Shown here: piece by piece, positions 40,419 to 52,934 of the stretch
How positions within the stretch are numbered: the first letter of the stretch is position 1
Layout of the letters: every line of letters starts with the position of its first letter
Assembly (NCBI RefSeq): GCF_018977255.1
Contig: NW_024704742.1
Location: 29,016,001 to 29,080,000, forward strand
Reading direction: 5' to 3'
Origin: Callorhinchus milii
Lineage: Eukaryota
Length of the DNA: 64,000 nucleotides
Position numbers and translations under genes: made by a program
Notes under the pieces: generated by a model
What the model saw: the letters and a program-made list of their open reading frames with translations, nothing else
What the model was told of the DNA's origin: nothing
Database searches by the model: none

Positions 40419-42651
40419 AACAACAACAACAACTTGGATTTATAGAGCGCCCTCCACGCCGGACGGCGTCTCAGAGCGGATCCCAGGACTGAGCCAGGGG
40501 GAGGGGGAGGAAGGTGGCCAAAGGCGCGGTCGAAAAGAAAGGTCTTCAGCAGAGACCTGAAAATGGGAAGGGAGGGAGCAAAACGTGAGGCAGTTCCAGA
40601 GCCTCGGGGCATAGTGGCTGAAGGCACAGCCGCTGAGGGTGGAGTGAAGGACTCGGGGAACGAGGAGGAGGTCAGACCTGGAGGAACGAAGGCAACGGGT
40701 ACTGTTTTGAGGAGAGAGGAGGTCAGAGAGGTAGGGGGTGCAGAGGAGTGCAGGGACTTGAATACGAGGGTGAGGAGCTTGAAATCGATCCACTCTGGGA
40801 CAGACAGCCAGTGCAGTCTGGCAAGGACTGGGGTGATCGGAGAGCAGAGTTTCGTGCGGATGAGAATGCGAGCGGCAGAGTTTTTAACTATTTGGATTTT
40901 TTGGATGGTAGTGAAGGGGAGACCAGCGAGGAGGGCGTTGGAGTAATCCAGCTGAGAGGTGACAAAGGAATGGACCAGGGTTTCAGCGGCTTTTGGGGAG
41001 AGGTATTGGCGGAGACGGGTGATGAATCGGAGGTGGAAGTAGGCGGTGCTGGTGAGGGACCGGATGTAGGGAAGGAAGGATAATTGGGGGTCGAACCTGA
41101 CGCCTAGGTTGCGTACGGGTTTGGAGAGTTTGGGGGAGGTCGGGTAGGTGGAGGAAGTAAGAGCCGTGAGATTTTAGACGTTGACGAGAGCCAAAGAGTA
41201 TGGCTTCCATCTTGTTCAGCTGAAGGAAGTTTGCGCTCATTCAGCCCCTGAGATCTGGCAGGCAGGCAGATAGAACATCAGGGGACTGGGGGTCGCAAAA
41301 AGAGGTGGAAAAATAGAGTTGGGTGTCGTCTGCATATATGTGGAAGTGTGCCCCATGTCTGCGGATGACAGCCCCAAGAGGGAGCATGTAGATCAGAAAG
41401 AGAAAGGCGTCAAGGATGGATACCCCGTAGGTGACCGGGTAAGAGTGGGAGGAGAAGCTGTGCAGATGTACTGCTGGTGGTTTGTGAAGTAGGACTCGAA
41501 CCAGGCAAGTGCGGTCCCACTGAGGTGGATGACGGAGGAAAGGTGGTGGAGGAGGATGGCGTGATCGACTGTGTCGAACGCGGCGGAGAAGTCCAGGAGG
41601 ACGAGGAGGCAGAGGGAGCCCTGGTCATAGATAGAGAAGATGTCCTTTGTGACTTTCACAAGCGCAGTCTCTGTACTGTGGGCAGCGCAGAAACCGGACT
41701 GGAGGGGTTTGAAGAGAGAGTGGGAGGAGAAGAGTGCACGAAGTTGATTGGCAACAACGCGTTCTAGAACTTTTGAGAGGAAGGGCAGGTTAGAAATAGG
41801 GCGGTAATGGCTGGGGTTTGAGGGATCCAGGTAGGGTTTTTTCAGGAGGGGGGTGATGACAGCAGTTTTGTGGGAGGCAGGAACTGTTCCGGAGGAGAAG
41901 CACTAGTTGATGACATCAGCCAGTAGTGGGCAGAGGAGGGGGAGCTGGGTGACCAGTAAGTTGGTGGGCAGGGGGTCGAGGCAGCAGGTGGTGGGTTTCA
42001 TGGAGGTGATGGTGGGTGAGAGGGAGGAGGGAGAGATGGGGAGGAAGGAATGTAGAATGGGGATGATGGTAGGAGCAGATGATGGGGAAGGTGAGGGGGA
42101 CAGAGAGGGTGTGGTGGTGGGTGACAAGAGGCAGGTGGATGAGGCTGCCTGGCGGATATTAAGTATTTTAGATGAAAAGAAGTCCATGACCTCCTCGCAC
42201 TTGGCATTTGATACGAAGATTGAGGAGGCCTGAGGGGGGGCACGGAGAAGGTAGTGGGTGGTGGAAAAAAGGATTTTAGGGTTGTGTTTAGCCTCCAAGA
42301 TGATGTTGGAGTAGAAGGCCGTTTTTGCGCTTGTCAAAGAACAACGGTAGCTGTGGAGATACTCGAGCCACAGTTGTCGGTGATCTGTCAGACCAGTTTT
42401 CCGCTATCTTCACTTGAGCAGATGGGTTTGGGTTTTTTGGCGGCGGAGATTGTTGTTGCACCAGGGAGATTGGGTGGGTTTAGAGATGGCCCTGGATTTC
42501 AGGGGCACGAGGGAGTTGAAGGTGGAGGAGAGGCGATCATGGAGCAGCTGGACGGCTGCTTCAGGATCTCGGCTGGTGGAGGGCCAGAGGGAAAGGATGT
42601 TTGATGATGAGGAGGCCTTTGTGAGGGTCTCAGGGGGTAGCCTTTTCCAAG
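40419..42651 (-). mobile_element. L2 LINE, 5'-truncated, same subfamily as 15513-18984
   Basis: Colinear reverse complement of about 16720-18984 including YADD and the (GTT)n tail. Confidence 0.95.
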
Positions 42652-42764
42652 AGGTGAATACCCCTTGTAGGTGAATACCTATTGTTAGCAACAACTCCTA
42701 GAGTCAGTACTGAAATCTTGGCTGATAACTATGTTTATTAATCATCTCCAGAATAGGCAGCATT

Positions 42765-44400
42765 TATAGAATCACAGAATTATAGAATCATAGAATCATA
42801 CAGCACAGAAAGAGGCCATTCGGCCCATCGCGTCTGCACCAGCTCCTAAAAGAACTCAATCCCACTGGCACGCTTTCTCTCCATAGCCCTGCAATCCTGT
42901 CCTCCCCAAATACCCATCTACTTCTCTCTTAAAAGTTGTTATTGAATTGGCTTCCACCACCCTTTCAGGTAATGCATTCCAGATCCGAACAACTCGCTGG
43001 GTGAATTTTTTTTCCCTAACCTCCCCTCTGTTTCTTTTAACAACTATCTTAAATCAGTGTCCTCGGGTTACTGACCCATATGCCAGTGGAAACAATTTTT
43101 CCTGGTTCAACCTATCAAATCCTCTCATGATCTTGAAAACCTCTATTAAATCCCCTCTTAATCTTCTCTGCTCTCGGGAAAATAATACTAGTTTCGCTAA
43201 ACTCTCCTCATAACTAAGGTCCTTCATTCCTGGTACCATCCTGGTAAACCTCCTTTGCACTCTCTCCAATGCCCTAACATCTTTCATAAAGTGTGGTTCC
43301 CAGAAGTGAACACAGTACTCCAACTGAGGTCTAACCAGCATTTTATAAATATTCAATATAACCTACTGATTTTTGAATTCAATGCCGCTTTTTATAAAAC
43401 CTAGTATCCCGTATGCTTTTTTATTAGCTTTATCTACCTGTTCTGCCACCTTCAGAGATTTGCTTATGTGGACCCCCAGGTCTCTCTGTTCATTTTCCCC
43501 CTTTAAGATTGTACCAACTAGCTTATATTGCCTCTCCTCATTCTTCCCACCAAAATACAACACTTCGCATTTCTCCACATTAAACCTCATCTGCCACGTT
43601 TCTGCCCATTTTACCAATCTGTCTAAGACCTCTTGGAGTCTGGTGCTATCCTCTTCACCATTAACTACTTTTCCTAGCTTAGTATTGTCTGCAAATTTGG
43701 AAATTGTGCTCCCTATATCCAGGTCCAGATCATTAATATAGATCAGAAAGAGCAGTGGTCCCAATACCGTCTCCTGAGGGATATCACTACACACCTCCCT
43801 CCAGTCAGAGAAGCAAACGTTTACTACCACTCTCTGTTTTCTGTCTCCTAGCCAGTTCTGGATCCATGTTGCCATAGTCCCTTTAATACAATGGGCTTCT
43901 ATTTTGTTTATAAGTCTCTTATGTATATTTTGTCAAATGCTTTTTGAAAATCTAGATAAACTACGTCTACTGCGCTACCTTCATCCACGCTCTCAGTCAT
44001 TTCATCAAAACATTCTATTAGGTTTGTCAGACACTATCTGCCTTTAACAAATCCATGTTGACTGTCCTTTATTAAACCATATTTTTCTAAGTGAGAATTT
44101 ATATTGTGCCAGATTATAGTCTCCAGAAGTTTCCCTACTACTGATGTTAGGCTGACTGGCCTGTAGTTCTCAGATTATTCTTCTGCCCCTTTTTGTACAG
44201 GGGAGCAACATTTGCAATCTTCCAGTCCTCTGGCACCACTCCAGTGTCCAAAGAGGATTGAAAGATTGTGGCCAGAGCCTCCACTATTTCCACCCTTGCT
44301 TTTCTCAGTAACCTAGGCTGCATCCCATCCGGACCAGGTGATTTATCTATGTTGAGCACCGACAGCCTTTTTAGTACCTCCCGCCTATTGATTTTTACAT
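42765..44400 (-). mobile_element. CR1 LINE, 5'-truncated, most of RT domain
   Basis: KSPGPDGM, VPEDWKIANVAPLYKKG, VLGPLLFLIYINDL, FADNTK, QRRLRGDLIEVFKI; (attctatg)n tail at 42765-42800. Confidence 0.95.
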
Positions 44401-44742
44401 TGCACATTGAATGGCTGAGCCAAGGTCACACAGGAAAGTAATAAATTCAAAAGATACAATTCAAATTTACAAACTTAAAAAGTCTTTCCTTGATCCGTAC
44501 CCGGTGTTAAAAAATCTGGTACAGTTATAAGGCAAGAAATTTTCAAGTAAACAAGATGAGCAGTAAATACTTGGCAAACAGAGTGTTACAGAGCCAATCG
44601 TCATTGAACACAGAAAGCGCCAATTCAGTGGAAGGATCTAAAAAAGAAATGACAAACTCTAAATCCAACGAGAGCAGTGAGATAAAATGTTTACACCAAG
44701 GCAAGAGAGAGATTAAAATGTTCTGAATGGACATGGTGAACT

Positions 44743-45197
44743 GGCAAACTAAACTACAGGCACTCTATATAACAGGGCATTATAATCTACAGGCAAATTA
44801 AACTACAAGATGATATAAACTACAGGACAATCTAAACTACAGGTAAACTAAACTACAGGGCAATGTGGACAACTAGCAAACTAAACTACAGGCAAACTAA
44901 ACTGCAGACAATCTGAACTACAGCCAAGCTAAACTACAGACCATCTGAACAACAGGCAATCTAAACTACAGGATAATCTAAAGTACAGGACAACAACAAC
45001 AACAACTTGGATTTGTATAGCGCCCTCCACGCCGAGCGGCGTCTCAGAGCGAAACAACTAGCAAATAATTTGAATAACATGCAGACCTAAACTACAGGGC
45101 AACTACAACAACAACAAAGTACATTTATACAGCGCCTTTCATGTTGGGAGGACGTCCCAAGGTGCTGAAATCTAAACAACAAGCAAACTAAACTACA
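44743..45197. repeat. Degenerate 16-17 bp minisatellite, consensus GGCAAACTAAACTACA, about 20 units, twice interrupted
   Basis: Units such as ggcaaactaaactaca, ggacaatctaaactaca, gccaagctaaactaca; L2-tail inserts near 44993-45051 and 45106-45168. Confidence 0.85.
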
Positions 45198-46484
45198 TGA
45201 TGATGTGATTAGGCGCTAGATGAAATATAAGGATTATTATTATATACTAAACAGTTGTGTAATTAAAGGCACACACATTGCACTTTTTTATGTTTAAAAT
45301 GCTAATACCTTCAGAACCAATTGTACCAGTAAAAAAATCTTGTCTTTTCTGGCAGAAACACAAGACTCCAAGGACTCCAGACACAAAATGTCCTTGGAAG
45401 CCTTTGGTCCCTGCTAGATAGGAAACATGTTGTTTGCCTTGAGCTCTTGCAAAAAAAATGCTTCTTGATTATATTAATAGTTTTTAGTTCACATGCAAAA
45501 GCGTTAAACTTTTCATATCCACCTGGAGAACAGTGCTGACCTAAATATAATACATTTGAAACAGGTAAGAAAATGGTTCTTGTTTGAAATGTTTTTTTTA
45601 ATCCACAATAGCCAAGTCCAGTGTTGAAATGCAGAAACGGAGTTTGCCATTATTTACAGAAGTCTGCCTAGTCAGCATCTCCTGTCTGCCTTTGGGAGAC
45701 GTTATTCCCACTGTTCAACGACCCCTCATAAGGTCCACAGATTCCCAGACATGAGTTGAAGGAGGGCAAGAATTCTGTTCTAGTCAGAATGCAACTGAGG
45801 GTTAAAGCAGAAATATTCTCAAGACCCAGCAAAAGCTGTGCTGAATGTCTCCTTTGAAGAACTTTATTTTTATTTGCCCCCAGTCTGTAAATGCACAATT
45901 TTTGTTATGAAGTATCTCTGTTATGTCCTGGCTCCCATTATCAGTATAACTCAGTTTAGTAGCAGCGAGCACTGCAGTCAGGATGTCATTCATCTCCCGA
46001 TAAATGCTTTGAAGCCTTATAAGCAATATGTGAGAGTACAGTTTTTCACCGCAACGCTTACCAGCGCAAAAAAATCTATTGTCAGTTAACACACTAAAAA
46101 CAGTCGATCAAGCCTCCTGTTGTCAATTAACAGATATTTATGATCATCTTCATTCTTGCTGCTGGCTGAACAATAGTTTAAATGCTGTGTGGGAAGAAAG
46201 TACTGAGTACTAAGTCAATATTAAAATTGCTCATATCTCTGGCCCTTGTCACTGCTAACACATTTTACAGTCTGTATAACAGGAGACGTGAATACCAAAA
46301 CAAACGATATTCTTTCCTTTCTGCTCTTTACTGCAAGATCTTGAGTGGAGTTCTCTGAGTGTGGCACATCCGTAATTTTTCATATTTGATGATGTAATCT
46401 TTGCTACAATCTAAAACCTTGTGAATGGAGCTTTGTGTAAAGCACGCATAGTGTGGCGCCTTATCACATTTAAACATCGCAAAG

Positions 46485-47080
46485 GTAACCTTTGGGTCTT
46501 TTTGACCCTCAACTATTCTTTCTACTCCACATCTGTGCCATGACCCATTCTGCCTTCCCCCACCTCCGTAACGTCGCCCGGTTCCACCACACTGCAGGCC
46601 GCTGAAACCCTTATATATGCCTTCATTACATCGAGGCTCGACTATGCAAATTTATTACTTGTCAACTCCCAACTCCTCCCTCCACAGGCTGCAGATCATC
46701 CAGAACTCTGCAGCCCATTTCCTCTCCCGCAATAGGCTCCTCAACCTTATCACCCCCATCTTTGCCCATCTCCACTGGCTTCCCATCACACAGAGGATAC
46801 TGTTCAAGATCCTGATCCTCACCTTCAAAGCCCTCCATAGTCTTGCCCCCCCTACCTCTGAGAGCTACTAACATCCTACCATTCTGCTCGCTCCCTCTGC
46901 TCAGCGGGCTCCGGCCTGCTTCACGTTCCCTGCTTCGCTCATCCCACTATCGGTGGGCGGGCCTTCTGCCACACTGACCTCACCCTCTGGAACTCCATCC
47001 CGCAGTCCCTCCACCTCGCTCCCTCCCTTGCCACCTTCAAGACCTATCTCCAGACCCTCCTCTTCGACCGTGCTTTTCGC
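46485..47080 (+). mobile_element. Degenerate L2 3' fragment
   Basis: [51 protein letters not shown]. Confidence 0.88.
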
Positions 47081-47269
47081 GTTTCGCCCACAAGACAGAC
47101 AGTTAATCCACGTAACAGTATAACTTGTGAAACCTTTGAGACATGTCGATAGTGTGATAAGGTGCTATATCAAATGCAAGGATTATTGTTATTATTATAA
47201 TATTATTATTTAAGAATTTTCAATTATTTTCTGCACAAAATTACCTTACAGACTCTGAGTGAAATCTCG

Positions 47270-47545
47270 ATTCCTGATCATTTTCCTGTGATAACCTTTT
47301 GGAAAGTGGATGTGTATGGATATCAGGTGAGGAAAGGATTGAGCCCACCCATGCTCACATGACCTGACAGCACTGTCTAAGCATTCTGAGACTCTATCCT
47401 GCGTGGAGGGTGCTACATAAGTGCAAGTTGTTGTTGTTGTCTAGGCTCTCACAATAAGAGTGGCCATTTAGTTAACCGGAACCAGTAAACTCATACTCTC
47501 GCTAAAAGTCAAGACAGAAGAGGTAGAGAAAATAGGCAAAAAAAA
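47270..47545 (+). mobile_element. 3' half of second-family SINE-like repeat carrying a 58-bp L2-tail insert (47380-47437)
   Basis: Host sequence cactgtcta|ggctctcac is split by the insert, with tgtcta duplicated. Confidence 0.55.
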
Positions 47546-47819
47546 CTTAAGAGAAAATACTTTTTCAGATGTTTTCAATGTCGACAAAATGCAATTTCAG
47601 ACCCCAGTGCACATAATAAAATTTGATCACAGAGCAAGACTACACCACGTATAAACTTGTTATTTGCACAGAACACAAAATAATTATATTCCACACAACA
47701 CAGGAAGCCCCGGAAGGTAGCCAAGTCAAACAGACAAAAAGAAGTCTCAACTCGTCTGCTCTGCAAGAATTTTCTGATGGCCTTTACTTATATGAACCAT
47801 GTTTTTTGCCACCATACCT

Positions 47820-48036
47820 ACCATTATGATATGTTATCCTGCTAGCCAAATTTCTAATGGGTAGGATGGTCATATCTGGATAAGGAGTAGGAAAGCTTGA
47901 CAGACAGCAATTTTAATGGCAAGCTATGCGGTTTTAGTTGGTTAGACTCCTACAGCACACCAACCTACGCCTTATACTTTCCGGAATTAGTTAAGCAGGA
48001 TGTATCCCTCCAGGGAGAGAGTGCGCATTCCATTCC
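47820..48036 (+). repeat. Unclassified multi-hairpin repeat, copy 2 (3' part)
   Basis: ggaaagcttgacagacagc...ggaattagttaagcagg...ccagggagagagtgcgcattccattcc. Confidence 0.75.
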
Positions 48037-48788
48037 AACCATCTATTTATGGGATTTCCATGTGTAGGTGGGATGCATGGAATTCTCAGTTTCATTTGGA
48101 TACTTTCCTTTTGAAAATATATATTCATTTATAAATATATTTACTACCACAGAAATCCAAAACAAACACAAAACAATTTACAATTTTTCCTTTTCTTCCG
48201 ATACAAAAAACTTTCCGTTGTTTACGGTACGTTCCTTCACCGCACATAGATTATGCATAAGTTTTTTGGGACGCTCCCTTTAACACAGTCGGGAGTCGGC
48301 CCTGTGTACACCACATCCATGTGCCTGTGCGCACATACACTTGCCACCTTCGGAAGGTGCCCCGATGTGCACCGTACTTGCACATGTTTACCGTACATAC
48401 ATTTTCGGGACGCTCATGGGTTACATCTCAAGTGGTCTTCTGTACCCTTACTTCAGTCAGTTTTGGGTCCGCTCATGGGCTACCCGATGGGTGCACCCTG
48501 AGTGGGTTGTGCCAGAGCAGCTTCGGCCAGGGTGAGGCCCCATCTTGCCTTTGCCGCGGATGAGCCAAACTTCAGCTTGTCCCTCAGTATGTAGTTCCTG
48601 ATCCTAGCGTGCGTGAGCCTGAGGCAGGCCCTCACCGTCCCCTTGTTCTGCCAGAAGAACACCTGGTTTCGGGTGTGCCAAAGGGTCTCCTTTACCGAGT
48701 TTATGATGCTTCGGGTGCATGCGATGTGGGTTTCACTGTGAGTGCCCGGGAAGAGGCCGTACAGTACCGAGTGCTGTGACAGTGGCAC

Positions 48789-48922
48789 TCCGCAAGCTGC
48801 ATTCTCACCCGCACTAAACTTCATACCCCGATTACTCCAGTCCTTGCCAATCTCCACTGACTCCCTGTCACAGAGCGGATCGACTTCAAGATCCTCACTC
48901 TAGTGTTTAAATCCCTCCATTT
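48789..48922 (+). mobile_element. Tail-less internal L2 fragment inside the Tx1 copy
   Basis: gcattctcacccgcactaaacttc...gcggatcgacttcaagatcctcactctagtgtttaaatccctcc matches about 18515-18645. Confidence 0.8.
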
Positions 48923-49921
48923 CTCAACATAGGATAGGTGGTTCAGCACTGTCCAACTGTCTGGAACGTTTCAAGGCAGTTCTGCCAGACCCACCCTTCT
49001 TAGTACCCGGGTATAGGTAGAAACCCAGCACGTAGCGGCATTTTGTTGTCGGGGTAGGAGGCCTCCAGGCACAGCCTCAGGCAGCTGCACACAAAGGTGA
49101 CCATGAAGAACAGGGCTACATTAGGGGTGCCTTTCCCCCTTTTTCTGGAGCTTTGTGCACTGTGTCTCTGCGGATATGATCCATCTTGGACCCCCAGATC
49201 AATTGGAAGACCTCTCTGGTGACTGCAATGGCATTGTTCCTGGTCAAAGGCCAGACCTGGGTCATGTACAGTAACACCGAGAGGGCCTCACATTTTATCT
49301 CCAGATTTTTCCCGGTGATGGACAGCGAGCGCTGGCGCCTTATCACCAGTTTCTTCCTCACTATACTTAGACGCTCCTCCCAGCTTTTTTGGCATGCCCT
49401 GGCAGCCCCGAACCAGATGCCGAGGACTTTGATGTAGTCTGGTTTCAGCGCAAAAGGTATGTGATTGCATTCTTCCCAGTCTCCAAAATACATCACCTCG
49501 CTGTTCTGGCGATTGACCTTGGCTCCTCAGGCTTGTTCAAACCGGTCGCAAATGCCTAGCAGGCTCGAGACCAATTTTTGGTCTGTGCAAAAGACGGTGA
49601 CATCATCCATATACAGAGAAGCCTTGGCTTGTGGACCGTGGCTGCCTGGAATGGTGACACCTCTGATACCTTCGTCCCTCCTGATGGCTTGTGCAAAGGG
49701 TTCGATGCAGCAGACATACAGGGTGGGGGATAAGGGAAAGCCCTACCTTACACCCAACCTGATGGGGAATTGCTCAGTCTCGTACCCGTAGACTGTGACT
49801 GCGCTACAGATGTCTGTGTAGAGTAGTTGGATCCACTTGCGTATGCCCTCCTTGAAACCCACTTTGGAGAGTACTTCATCCATGTAGCTGTGAGATACCC
49901 TGTCAAAGGCTTTCTCTTGAT

Positions 49922-50110
49922 CAACAACAACAACAACAAGATTGCATTTATAGAGCGCTTTTCATGTCGGGAGGACATCCCACGACGCTGGACAGTTGGG
50001 TCGGGACCCGAGCAGGGGGGAAATGGTCAGGGTGAGAGGAGGGAGGGAGGGAGCGAGGAGGGGGTAGAGAGTCGAGAGGGGAGCTGAAGGCACGGTTGAA
50101 GAGAACCGTG
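49922..50110 (-). mobile_element. L2 3' end inserted in the Tx1 RT
   Basis: (CAA)n tail and hairpin; splits the Tx1 peptide ACLIS|LDQEKAF. Confidence 0.85.
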
Positions 50111-51089
50111 CTTATCAGACAGGCCTTCACCCCTCTGTCCTGCATGTAGGAGATGGTATCCGTTAGCAGCGCAAGGCTGTCCAAGATCCTTCGGCCCAGA
50201 ACCGTGCAGGTCTGGTCTGGGTGTATTACCCACCTGAGGTCAGTCTTTGTCCGCTCAGAGATCACCTTTGCCAGGATCTTACAGTCCACATTCAGGAGCG
50301 AGGTTGGTCGAAAATTCTTTATCTCCTCCTTCTCCCCCTTTTGTTTGTCAGTTTCGTTTGGATAGTCTTAAGCATGGTGATAGGTTTCCGCGTGTGTCAG
50401 ATACCCAGCTGACCAAAAAAACAATGCCTCTTGGTTCCAGGCACCGGTCAGCTTCTCTCTTCCCATTCACAATGAGGGTGAGTCGCCTCACGTTGAGCGG
50501 AAGGAGTCTGCGATTAATAGGTAATAAACGGTTTTCCCAAAAGATAAATTTTGCACAACCGAAACACGCAGAATTGTTCATGCTCATCTGAATGCTTGCA
50601 TAGAGAATGGATAATAGAAGAAACTATTCTAAAACATTTTTTTTCTGAATTTCTTTCATTAACCCTTCTATCGCCACCCCCACCACCACCACCACCATGC
50701 ACACCCTTTCTTCCCAGCTTCCCTGCACCAACCAAGGTTAGATAGAAGATTAGAATTTTCCAGTCTCCTCCTCAGGGAGAAAATGAGACATGTTCAATGT
50801 GTGCTACATTGTATTGGATCATGTTCAACAGCTTCTTTTGGCAGCATGCCATTTTGTGTAAAATGCATGTCGCACAGAGCTCTAGATCTGGCTCTGGGCA
50901 GCACGGGTCAGGCCTGTTTTGAAAGGAATTGTTACCTGATGAGAACAGCTGTCGCCTGGTAAAGCTGTTATCATCCTACAACTAACACAGTGGGAGCCTC
51001 TGCCAGAATTAAATCGATGACCAGCGGGCAGGTTGGAAGAATTATCTCTCAAGTTTTTTCATTTCTAGTACTGAAAGACTGCTGGACAT

Positions 51090-51725
51090 AAGGCCAGATC
51101 ACAAACAACAGCTCACACTTACGTAGGGCTTTTCCCATAGGAAAACTCCTCAAAGTCTTAACATAGACAATGTGGGAGCCGGGGCAGGTGGGAGATGGGG
51201 AAGGGATGTCCGAAGATACAGTGTTAAGGCAGGTTTTGAAAACAGGACATGAGGTGGAGATATATGGTGTGAGTCCCAGAAAGCAGGAGCAAAGTGACTG
51301 AAATCTCTCCAATGATGGTGGGGCAATGGAGACAGGCAACGTGGAGCAGGCCTGAGTTAGCAGATGAAGATTAGTCTTGAAATGCTGTACACTATCCAGC
51401 ACCGTGGGACATCCTCCCGACGTGAAAGGTGCTATGCAAATGTAATCTTGATGTTGTTGTTGACTCTTGACTGTCCTAGCACCTCCCTCCCTCTTTAACA
51501 TGCTCAAACCAAACATCGCTACCAGACCCCTCTGCAGAACCATCAGTCTCTACATCCCTAACTTCCGACCTCAATCCCTCTGCTTCTTTATCTATCATTA
51601 AATCCCACACTTTAACCATGCTTATTTTCACCTCCCCTTTCTCCTTTGCTCGGCATTCAACCCTGCACTGTACAACCTCCAAGAGCTATCCTACATGAAA
51701 GGTGCTGCATAAATGCAAATTGTTG
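51090..51725. mobile_element. Cluster of degenerate L2 3' ends on both strands
   Basis: Minus-strand FKTCLNTVS-type end at about 51100-51380 and plus-strand tails ending in gttgttg (near 51460) and ttgttg (near 51725). Confidence 0.6.
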
Positions 51726-52611
51726 TGTGTATGTTTACTTTTTTAAGAAAAAGACCTCTGTTTTAAATGTGTGTTTTCAGCAGGTTAACATCTCCCCTAT
51801 GGGTCTAAATAATATGGAGCAGGTCAATAGTAATAATAATATAACAATATTTGATATAGTACCTTTCACATCAGGAGGACATCCCAAAGCACTTCACAGG
51901 ATTTTACTGTAAAATATAGTGACGGTGTATTTTGTAGACAAAGTAACTCAAAAGCCAAATTCCTGCTTTTATCTTTTATTTTTAAGGGTTTTGGGACATC
52001 CACCCATGTGAAAGGTGTAATAAAAGAGTAAATTGTATTGCATTGTACCTTCCTGTAGCGTGTGGCCTGCAGGTTACAATGGAAGGACACTTATATTTAT
52101 TAATCTCAACGTTACCAACAGAAGAAGAAATTGTTAAGGAACAGTTGTCGACAGAACAAAAGAAACCTAAAAGGCGTTATATCAAGATGCAAATTCTTTT
52201 TACAGACATATAACTGCCATAAAGGGAGTTGAATGACACTGCTATACTTTTAGTTGCACAAAATAGTAACAGTATTTTAGTGTTAAACTCTGGGAGGTTC
52301 AAATTCTGACAGCCTTACATAGCAAATCAAATGTTGCTTTGACTTCGAGGCTTGGCACAATTTCAACAAATACAGCAAGATGTTACGTGCCACCTGGCCA
52401 TGTCTGGTGGATATGAGCACTGGCCCCAATGGGATATGTCACCACAAAGATGGTTGGAGGAGGAGGACATTTGACAGGAGAGGATCCAGTCACCTTGAAA
52501 CTCAAATGCTTGAAGACAGTCTAGGTAAGTCTGGTTCAGGGTTCCTTGAAGACAAGGAAAGTTTCTTCAGGGCACTTGCACCATAGCTGGGCCAGAGAAA
52601 GGCTTATCGTA

Positions 52612-52934
52612 TGGGAGAACATTGTGGCCTGGGTCAGTGCTGCCAACACCATACAAAAAGATTTACATTAAGATTGTGAAGAAGTACAATGACCTGAATA
52701 CAAGTGCCAAGGTAAGAATTGCAGGTTTGGGTCAAGAAAATAATGTTTACAATGACATTACAAGATCATGTTCACCCGAAAGTCACGGTGGACATTCCAA
52801 GTTTAAACTTATCAGAGGCTTTGCTTCCATCGCAGAAGAAGGTGATTTACAATCTGAGGAAAAAGAAGAGAACAAGTGGAGTGTTCCACAGAGAAGGTCA
52901 CAACGTCAAGGATGTGAGCATGCTCCTCATTTAG
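52612..52934 (+). pseudogene. Fossil Myb/SANT-like gene of a PIF/Harbinger-type transposon, two exons
   Basis: WENIVAWVSAANTIQK (frameshift) IVKKYNDLNTSAK|GTaag..124 bp..ttccatcgcAG|KKVIYNLRKKKRTSG resembles the W.EIA..VSA...KK.NDL..AK.K..N.R...TGGG pattern. Confidence 0.5.

Larger units (their letters stand above)
48105..50345 (-). mobile_element. Tx1-clade (L1 superfamily) LINE, 5'-truncated and interrupted
   Basis: DCKILAK, IHPDQTC, DQEKAFDRVSH, SLYMDDV, KVLGIWFG, SVLYGLFPG, AAKARWG; AT-rich 3' end near 48105-48140. Confidence 0.9.

Noticed and set aside
44743-45197. CRISPR-like array
   Set aside because: Units are contiguous and degenerate with no unique spacers or cas genes, in a vertebrate context; the two inserts are LINE tails.
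48000-48110. snRNA or tRNA target site for the Tx1 element
   Set aside because: Some Tx1 families target U2 or tRNA loci, but the flanks here do not resemble those RNAs.
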